This document shows, one piece after another, positions 57,412 through 64,000 of a DNA stretch of 64,000 nt. This DNA comes from Thermodesulfobacteriota bacterium (GTDB lineage: Bacteria; Desulfobacterota_D; UBA1144; Nemesobacterales; Nemesobacteraceae). Within the stretch, counting starts at the first letter, position 1. Each line of letters starts with the position of its first letter. Under the pieces are notes generated by a model, which was given only the letters and a program-made list of their open reading frames with translations, did not search any database and had not been told where the DNA came from. The stretch is taken from contig OZ220467.1 in NCBI GenBank assembly GCA_965116075.1, forward strand, positions 64,191 through 128,190, read 5' to 3'. The position numbers and the translations under genes are program-made.

Positions 57412-58956
57412 TCAAAGTGGAATATTTCCGTGCTTTTTCGGTGGAAGGGTCTGTCTTTTCCCAGAAAGCATATCCAAAGCTGCTATAACTCTAGGTCTTG
57501 TATCTTCTGGCCTTATGACTTCATCTATATAGCCAAGGCTTGCGGCGCGGTAGGGATTGGCGAAATTCTTCTTGTACTCATCTATAAGCCGAAGCCTCTC
57601 TGCGTCAGGGTCATCTGCTGCGGCTATTTCTCCACGGGATATTATGTTGACCGCGCCGTCAGGACCCATAACCGCGATTTCCGCAGTTGGGTAAGCGAGG
57701 TTAATATCTCCTCTTATATGTTTTGAGGACATAACGTCGTAAGCGCCTCCGTAGGCCTTTCTCGTTATCACTGTGACTCTAGGAACAGTGGCCTCGCAGT
57801 AAGCGTAAAGAAGTTTCGCTCCATGCCTTATTATTCCACCCCATTCCTGCACCGTTCCGGGAAGAAATCCTGGCACATCAACCAAGGTGAGAAGCGGGAT
57901 GTTAAAAGCATCGCAGAAACGCACGAATCTTGCTGCCTTGACCGAGGAATCTATATCAAGACATCCAGCAAGCACCTGTGGTTGGTTGCCCACTATACCC
58001 ACTGTCTGTCCGTTCATTCTGGCAAACCCCGTAACGATGTTCTTCGCGTGATGCTCCTGTACCTGCAGGAAATGACCATCGTCAACCACAAGCCCTATCA
58101 CTTTGAGCATGTCATATGGTTTGTTGGGATTGTTGGGAATAAGTGACTGCAGAGCAATCTCTTTTCTGTCCACGGGGTCGTCGCATGGAACAGTTGGAGG
58201 ATCATCCATGTTGTTCGATGGGAGAAAACTCAAAAGTTCCCTTATTATGGCTATCGAATCCATATCGTCCTCGGATGCGAAGTGAGCGACGCCGCTTTTG
58301 GAATTGTGAACCATCGCGCCACCGAGTTCCTCGGATGTGACTTCTTCATGGGTCACGGTTTTTATCACGTCAGGACCCGTAACAAACATATAACTTGTGT
58401 TTTTGGCCATCACGGTGAAATCATTCATCACTGGGGAATACACGGCGCCACCTGCGCAAGGACCCATAATCGCCGATATCTGTGGAATAACTCCAGAGGA
58501 TATGACGTTGCGCAAAAATATCTCTCCATAGGCACCGAGGCTTTTTACTCCTTCTTGTATTCTCGCGCCACCTGAATCATTAAGCCCTATGATCGGCGCT
58601 CCGGTGCTGAGGGCAAGGTCCATCACCTTGCAAATCTTCTTTCCCTGCTCAAGCCCCAAAGACCCGCCGAAAACCGTAAAATCCTGCGCGTAGACAAACA
58701 CTTGGCGACCCTCAACTTTTCCGTAACCTGTAACTACCCCGTCGCCCAGAATTCTCTTTTTCTCCATCCCAAAGTCTGTGCAACCGTGCAAAATAAACTT
58801 ATCAAGTTCAACAAAACTGTTTGCGTCAAGAAGTTGAGCTATGCGTTCACGGGCAGTTAACTTCCCTGAGTCGTGCTGTTTTTTGATCCTAGCCTCTCCT
58901 CCACCTAAAAGAGCCTGCTTTTCCCTTTCTTCAAGAACTTTGAGTTTTTCTTTCAT
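57412..58956 (-). CDS. Acyl-CoA carboxylase carboxyltransferase subunit (propionyl-CoA carboxylase beta / methylmalonyl-CoA decarboxylase alpha-like)
   Basis: 514 aa; [14 protein letters not shown]..., two crotonase-fold halves. Confidence 0.9.
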   Translation of the reverse strand: MKEKLKVLEEREKQALLGGGEARIKKQHDSGKLTARERIAQLLDANSFVELDKFILHGCTDFGMEKKRILGDGVVTGYGKVEGRQVFVYAQDFTVFGGSLGLEQGKKICKVMDLALSTGAPIIGLNDSGGARIQEGVKSLGAYGEIFLRNVISSGVIPQISAIMGPCAGGAVYSPVMNDFTVMAKNTSYMFVTGPDVIKTVTHEEVTSEELGGAMVHNSKSGVAHFASEDDMDSIAIIRELLSFLPSNNMDDPPTVPCDDPVDRKEIALQSLIPNNPNKPYDMLKVIGLVVDDGHFLQVQEHHAKNIVTGFARMNGQTVGIVGNQPQVLAGCLDIDSSVKAARFVRFCDAFNIPLLTLVDVPGFLPGTVQEWGGIIRHGAKLLYAYCEATVPRVTVITRKAYGGAYDVMSSKHIRGDINLAYPTAEIAVMGPDGAVNIISRGEIAAADDPDAERLRLIDEYKKNFANPYRAASLGYIDEVIRPEDTRPRVIAALDMLSGKRQTLPPKKHGNIPL

Positions 58957-59027
58957 AAAATACGCTCCGGCCTCTATTCCCGTTACGGTATACTTGACGG
59001 TGAATCATAACACGCAAGAAAACCCTT

Positions 59028-59633
59028 TCAACCCTGATCCTCTACGATAACGTTCCAAAGTTTTAGAACTTGGGCGCGCAAACTTTCCAAATCTGATGAG
59101 TTTTGTATCAAAAAATCCGCCTGCGCAGCCTTTTTCTCTTCAGGTAATTGAGCGGCGATGCGCCGGCAAATATCTTCTGTAGAGACCCCAAGGCGGTTAA
59201 CTGCTCTTTGTTTCCTGATTTCTGCTGGACAACTGACCACAACTAAACCATCTATAATGCCACTGAGTCCCGCGCCACCTTTGCGATCAATAAGCGATGC
59301 TTCAATAAAGACTACCGAGTCTCTTTTTAGCGTGGAAATTTTTTCCCTTATGCGACGTTCTATTTTTGGATGGGTTATACGGTTAAGCGTTTTTCGTTTC
59401 TGCTCATCTGAAAACGCAATGGAAGCAAGGATTTTTCGGTCAAGCGTTCCATCGTCTCTTAACACCTGCCGTCCAAAACTTAGCACGACTTCCTGCAAAG
59501 CGGGCTCCCCCGGACGCATGATCTCCCTTGCCACATCATCTGCGTCTATTACATGAGCCCCGAGTTGACGAAGAATCTCCGCTACAGTTGACTTCCCCGA
59601 ACCTATGTTTCCGGTAAGTCCATAAATTTTCAT
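59028..59633 (-). CDS. coaE: Dephospho-CoA kinase
   Basis: MKIYGLTGNIGSGKSTVAEIL. Its start overlaps the gltX stop. Confidence 0.85.
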   Translation of the reverse strand: MKIYGLTGNIGSGKSTVAEILRQLGAHVIDADDVAREIMRPGEPALQEVVLSFGRQVLRDDGTLDRKILASIAFSDEQKRKTLNRITHPKIERRIREKISTLKRDSVVFIEASLIDRKGGAGLSGIIDGLVVVSCPAEIRKQRAVNRLGVSTEDICRRIAAQLPEEKKAAQADFLIQNSSDLESLRAQVLKLWNVIVEDQG

Positions 59634-61039
59634 CTTGAAGCATTGTGGGATTTTATAAAACAAATGGCTCTTTTAAGGCGGCGCAAAACCTCTTGTTTGC
59701 CCAGTATCTCAACCACATCGAAAATTCCAGGACTTTTAGTTGATCCGGTAAGAGCGACCCTTGTTGGCTGGGCTATTTTCCCTAACTTCAGACCTGTGCT
59801 TTCCATCACTTGAGAAAAACAGTCCTGCAGACCGTTGTGGGAAAAATCCTCTACTGATGCGAGTTTTTCCATAAGAACGCTCAGTATCTGTTCGCTTGCC
59901 TTTCCAAGGAACTTTTTTGATGCCTTCTCCTCATACTCAAAATCATCTGTAAAAAAATAACGCGACTGCTCCACTATATCCGCAAGCGTATCTGATCGTT
60001 CACGCATGTGAACAACTATGCTCTGAAGCTTCTGCGAAGATGGAACTGCAAGCGACTGCTTTTGCAAAAATGGGACAAGCATAGAGGATATTTGATTCAG
60101 CGAAGTGGATCTGAGGTATTTTCCGTTGAGCCAGAGAAATTTTGCAGAATCGTACATTGACGCGGACTTTCCCAAGCCCTCAAAACCGAATTTCTCCACC
60201 AATTCCTCCTTAGTGAAAATCTCTTGGTCCCCGCAAGACCACCCGAGCCTAACAAGGTAGTTTAGCACCGCTTCTGGAAGATATCCTCTATTGCGATAAT
60301 CAGTTAAGGATTCCGCACCGTGACGTTTAGAAAGTTTTTTGCCGTCAGAGCCAAGTATCATAGAAACGTGCACAAGTGAGGGTGGAGAAAAACCTAGAGC
60401 GCGTGCTATGAGTATCTGCCTAGGTGCGTTTATTATGTGATCGTCTCCTCTTATTACATGAGAAATACCGGTCTGCGCATCATCCACCGTAGCTGCGAAA
60501 TTGTAGGTCGGAAATCCATCTGCCTTAAGTAACACGAAATCCTCTATCTCAGAGGAATCAAAAACTATTGTCCCACGAACAGGATCCTCTATTGAGATAT
60601 TTTCTCCGGGCGGCACCAAAAATCTGATAGCATATGGTTTTCCGTGTCCAGCACCTAAATGCGACCATTCCCTTTTGTATCTAAAGACTTGCCCTTTTTG
60701 GAAAGCATCTTGCCTTCTGCGCTCAAGTTCGTCTGCCGTAACGTAGCACCTGTAAGCATTCCTCTCGTCAATGAGCTGTTGCGCGTATTGAGCATAAACA
60801 CCAAGTCTTCCTGACTGACGAGTAATCTCACCATCCCAGTTAATCCCTAACCATTTGAGAGAGTCAACAATGTTATCTTCAAATTTCTTTTCTGACCGCA
60901 AGCGGTCAGTATCCTCCATCCTGAGCAGAAACTTTCCACGCTGCCTCCGAGCGAAAAGCCAGTTAAAAACAGCAGTGCGCGCAGCACCAATGTGAAGGTT
61001 GCCGGTGGGGCTGGGAGCAAATCTAGTTATCGTGTTCAT
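59630..61039 (-). CDS. gltX: Glutamate--tRNA ligase
   Basis: TRFAPSPTGNLHIGAARTAVFNWLFAR (HIGH), KLSKR (KMSKS). Confidence 0.9.
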   Translation of the reverse strand: MNTITRFAPSPTGNLHIGAARTAVFNWLFARRQRGKFLLRMEDTDRLRSEKKFEDNIVDSLKWLGINWDGEITRQSGRLGVYAQYAQQLIDERNAYRCYVTADELERRRQDAFQKGQVFRYKREWSHLGAGHGKPYAIRFLVPPGENISIEDPVRGTIVFDSSEIEDFVLLKADGFPTYNFAATVDDAQTGISHVIRGDDHIINAPRQILIARALGFSPPSLVHVSMILGSDGKKLSKRHGAESLTDYRNRGYLPEAVLNYLVRLGWSCGDQEIFTKEELVEKFGFEGLGKSASMYDSAKFLWLNGKYLRSTSLNQISSMLVPFLQKQSLAVPSSQKLQSIVVHMRERSDTLADIVEQSRYFFTDDFEYEEKASKKFLGKASEQILSVLMEKLASVEDFSHNGLQDCFSQVMESTGLKLGKIAQPTRVALTGSTKSPGIFDVVEILGKQEVLRRLKRAICFIKSHNASR

Positions 61040-61644
61040 GGGAGGATATTTTACACCAAAAAAACAGATGCGAGGAAAAGGGGTATGAGATGCACTTGTT
61101 TTATTGGAGCTCTGGAAAAGTGCCTTCTCTGATTAGGTTCAGAAAAAACGCTCCGCTTGACCTTTCATACACACTTAGTCCTGCTCCCGGAAACTTAAAA
61201 TTCTCTTTTCTAGCTTTTCTACATAGGCGCAGACGAAGATGGGAACTTCTCAGGGGAAATAGCCGGCACTTTTTCAGAACCCAAGTTCATAAAGTGGACG
61301 ATAACGTAGTGGGTCCGGTAATCGCTCCTAACGCAAAAAAACCTTGCTGGCGATAATAAAAAGCCCCACCGGTCAAAACCTGCAGGGCCGTGGATTCCAC
61401 ACCGAGATTATTTTATTCGGAATTCTGATATAACTGACACGTAAGAAGTTTATGTTTTTCCCAAATAACTATCAGGGAGTGAACCATTAACGCTGTCTAC
61501 TTTCCATTTTCTTTTTGCTACTATCTGGTCAGCCAACTGTTATTTATCTTTCCATCCTTTTTTATAATAAAGGCTTTGAGCGTTTTTCCTTTGTTATCAG
61601 TCGCCCATTAAACTGCGCCTATTTCAGTACTATGCAAAAAATTT

Positions 61645-62214
61645 TTACCTTTTTTCACAAACTGAACTGGTAGTTATGCGCATGGTGCTTTCTACTTCTC
61701 CGTTTTCATAAGCCACCAACACATCTCCAGCCGAAGCAACCAATTGACCTGCTTGGTTTATTCTGTAAGGGGAACACACTACGCTATAGGGAATAGCATC
61801 GAATCGGGCGCAGAGCATATTGTCAGATGCACGAACAACCCAGTGCCCGGCAATAGCAGGGGGTTTTGTGCCCACTCTGCATTCATCCCATTGTTCTGCA
61901 GCCCATGCAGGTTGCTCTATGTGGGGGACATAAAAAGTTCCATCAGAATTATAGGTTTCGACATTTGTGGATCCGTCAGAATCTTCGCAATCCCACGTTC
62001 CTACTAGTTCTGTAGGGTGCGTACCACTAGGCAAAGGTTCCACCACTGCAACTGCAGCGCAGTCATACTCTCCAATTGGTAGTTCTTCCAGTACATCACC
62101 ATTATCATCGCCACCATTACCACCGCCAGCTGGTATTTCTACACCATCATCACCTCCGCCACCACAAGCAACAGAAACAAGTGCCAAGCCTATAATCAAA
62201 ACAATCTTTTTCAT
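61645..62214 (-). CDS. Lipoprotein (189 aa) with a Gly/Asp-rich linker, preceded by the same poly-G promoter module as the collagen/RTX genes
   Basis: SD AGGAGG plus ATG. Lipobox LVSVAC, then GGGGDDGVEIPAGGGNGGDDNGD. Confidence 0.6.
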   Translation of the reverse strand: MKKIVLIIGLALVSVACGGGGDDGVEIPAGGGNGGDDNGDVLEELPIGEYDCAAVAVVEPLPSGTHPTELVGTWDCEDSDGSTNVETYNSDGTFYVPHIEQPAWAAEQWDECRVGTKPPAIAGHWVVRASDNMLCARFDAIPYSVVCSPYRINQAGQLVASAGDVLVAYENGEVESTMRITTSSVCEKR

Positions 62215-62293
62215 TTCAAATCCTCCTAGTTTAATGGGCGTAGGAAAACCTTGCTAGACATCCTTCACCTCATATATCATTATATCATTACAC

Positions 62294-62335
62294 CTCTGAG
62301 CTTACCCCCCCCCCCCCCCCCCCTACAAAGTCAAT
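62294..62335 (-). promoter_or_regulatory. Conserved promoter-like module on the minus strand: TTGACT-TTGTA-(G)19-TAAGCTCAGAG
   Basis: Poly-C run of 19 at about 62305..62323 on the plus strand. Downstream (minus strand) are a TATAAT-like element and a conserved AGCAAGGTTTTCC block, as at 27575 and 43040. Confidence 0.45.
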
Positions 62336-62750
62336 AGTGAGGTGTTTGCAATACTCAATAGGCGTTTTTTATAGCGCAGAGAAAATGAAGATGTGGGGAT
62401 ACTGTCGAATGGCTATGCGTATAAATTAAGCCGTGAGGGATTTAGAGAGGTAATCTTTATCCCGTAGCACTTTAAGATCTTTGGAAGTCAGATCATTTGG
62501 GGCTAAAAATCACAAATTCACCTCAAGTCAGAATCAGTCGAGAGATATTTGTAGCGTAACTATTCTAGATTAATCATGAATTTATTATCTACGCTACAAA
62601 GAAGTAAACCCATGGTAGTTCCGCCATCATAAAAAGAAACTAACATCAAGAATCCCTACAACGTAAATAGCTTTTCCAATGGTTCTTAGGAAAATCAAGC
62701 CTGAAATCGGGTAAAGTAGTTAAAGTGAATAAAGATTTAAGGAAAAAACA

Positions 62751-64000
62751 ATGAAACTGACCTCACGCGCAAGAGACAAAAAATACATAGGGAAAGGCAC
62801 TCTGCCTAATGGTCCACTCAACGATACAGATAAATGGCTACCAATGACCAAGTATCTTGAGACAGGCGCCCAATCCTATCCAGAGAAAACTATGTTCAAA
62901 ATGGGAGACGTTAACGGAAACATTGTCCAAAGTTATACCTATGCGGAAACCAATGCTTGGACCAATAAGGTAGCAAACGGTCTTGTGGGAGAGTTTGGTA
63001 TAAAAAAGGGAGATAAGGTCGGTATGTACATGCTTAACTGCTCAGAGTACGTAATATCAATTCTGGCCGCTCATAAGGCGGGGGCAGTACAAGTCCCCGT
63101 AAATAAGGATGAAAAAGGCGAAAGACTTGCCTACGTAATAAACTACTCGGAGATGCGTGTGTTGATAGTGGATCAGCAAAGCCTTCGTTATGTTAAAGAA
63201 ATATCTGACAAACTTAAAAACCTAGAAGTGATTTTCCTTGTGTCTCAAGAGGGTTCCGGTGATTTGAATGGAATAAGAACTCTTCCCTTCTCGGTTTTCG
63301 ATACTCAGTCCTCAGATAATTTAGGAGTTAACGTCTCTATCGCTGATAAAGAAAGGTGCATGTTCACTTCCGGTACCACGGGTATGCCCAAGGGGGTAAT
63401 TCGTGACCATGGAGGAGTGATAATGACAGTGCGCTCTTTTATCCAACAGCAGGGACTTAGAAGCGAAGACATTCTGATGACGGTTCTTTCTCTCGGTCAC
63501 GCAAACGCTCAAGTCATGTGCCTTTTCGTGTCAATCGCAGTTGGAAGCACTGCAGTTTTCTTTCCAAGATTTTCAGCTTCTAACTTCTGGAAATGGGCGG
63601 CAGGTTGTGGGGCTACTGGCGCTAACATGTTAGGTGCCGTGCCTGAGTACATATGGTCCTCACCTGTTTCGGATTGGGACAAAAAACACAGTATAAGGAT
63701 GATGCTCTCGGGACCTGCTCCGAAAAAACTTCGCGAATTCGAGGAAAGGTTCAATACAAAAATAGTTGAGGGGTACGGTTCAACGGAGATGGGTATGGTG
63801 CTTTGGAAAGACCCTGAAGATCAAGAGCTCGGTTCTTGTGGCTTTCCCGTGCAAGGGTACCATCTGGAACTAAGAGACCCGATCAATACTGACATGATAA
63901 TAGAAAAACGGTGGAATGTAACCGCCTCATCAGCCCCTGCTGAAGATGAAAAGGGGCTTCTTTTCATAAAACCTCTTATACCGCACACTACTCTTGATGA
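62751..64000 (+). CDS. AMP-dependent synthetase/ligase (acyl-CoA synthetase family), 3' partial at the window edge
   Basis: MKLTSRARDKKYIGKG... with the AMP-binding motif TSGTTGMPKGV and GYGSTEMG. The frame stays open to the window end. It is absent from the ORF track, presumably because it is unterminated. Confidence 0.75.
   Translation, partial: MKLTSRARDKKYIGKGTLPNGPLNDTDKWLPMTKYLETGAQSYPEKTMFKMGDVNGNIVQSYTYAETNAWTNKVANGLVGEFGIKKGDKVGMYMLNCSEYVISILAAHKAGAVQVPVNKDEKGERLAYVINYSEMRVLIVDQQSLRYVKEISDKLKNLEVIFLVSQEGSGDLNGIRTLPFSVFDTQSSDNLGVNVSIADKERCMFTSGTTGMPKGVIRDHGGVIMTVRSFIQQQGLRSEDILMTVLSLGHANAQVMCLFVSIAVGSTAVFFPRFSASNFWKWAAGCGATGANMLGAVPEYIWSSPVSDWDKKHSIRMMLSGPAPKKLREFEERFNTKIVEGYGSTEMGMVLWKDPEDQELGSCGFPVQGYHLELRDPINTDMIIEKRWNVTASSAPAEDEKGLLFIKPLIPHTTLD

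Noticed and set aside
63321-63754. Two minus-strand ORFs (63 and 81 aa)
   Set aside because: They overlap the well-supported plus-strand AMP-dependent synthetase gene, which runs to the window end.

Overview
The window is a low-to-moderate-GC bacterial chromosomal segment in which conserved housekeeping blocks alternate with IS-rich accessory DNA. Coordinates from my hand alignment may be off by 1-2 nt; at least one displayed line does not reconcile with the ORF track.

Housekeeping genes called: argH (5' partial at the window edge), an MscS-family channel, the class II (B12-dependent) ribonucleotide reductase nrdJ, and a partial F1Fo ATP synthase operon with atpF', atpF, atpH, atpA, atpG, atpD and atpC (two b-type subunits; no a, c or I subunit in the window). 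Also pyk, purB, ispD-ispF, a YacL-like PIN/TRAM protein, an Fe/Mn superoxide dismutase, a sigma-70-family factor, an inositol-3-phosphate synthase-like gene, rplM-rpsI, MlaF-like and MlaE-like ABC components (7 kb apart), a glutaredoxin, and a cobalamin riboswitch upstream of a BtuB-like TonB-dependent receptor. The remainder are two divergent luciferase-like (LLM) flavin oxidoreductases, two orphan solute-binding proteins, a pccB-accC-BCCP acyl-CoA carboxylase cluster, coaE, gltX, and a 3'-partial acyl-CoA synthetase.

Accessory content:
1. A family of secreted lipoproteins that combine collagen-like G-X-Y repeats with RTX-type calcium-binding repeats. One copy is intact (43101..44306). Its paralog (27643..33726) is split into three in-frame pieces by two nested, precisely mappable IS insertions. 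The first is an IS66-family element at 28280..31192, with GTAAGCG... terminal inverted repeats, an 8-bp duplication GTTTGAAG, and a DUF4338 passenger gene. The second is an IS5/IS1182-family element at 31473..33469, with 16-bp terminal repeats GAGGCATTTGCGCTGT and the flanking duplication ATTAAA.
2. Both paralogs and an unrelated lipoprotein gene (61645..62214, minus strand) share a conserved upstream module, TTGACTTTGTA-(G)n-TAARCTCARAG, with n = 14, 13 and 19. I read these as candidate phase-variable contingency promoters.
3. A MITE-like family of non-autonomous elements built from the IS5-family termini (5346..5811, 27209..27502, 34103..34726, 46483..47102, plus fragments at 42268..42958 and about 44695..44765), including nested insertions of an IS66-like end fragment.
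4. DUF4338 domains associated with two unrelated transposase families. One is fused N-terminally to a complete ISAs1-family transposase (7951..9735, high GC). The other is a separate gene inside the IS66-family element (28303..29196).
5. A HEPN/MNT-type toxin-antitoxin-like pair (5916..6661), a secreted Cys-containing protein of unknown function, a Cache-like fragment with a MYXO-CTERM-like tail, and an XhlA-like small membrane protein pair.

No rRNA, tRNA or CRISPR array was recognised.
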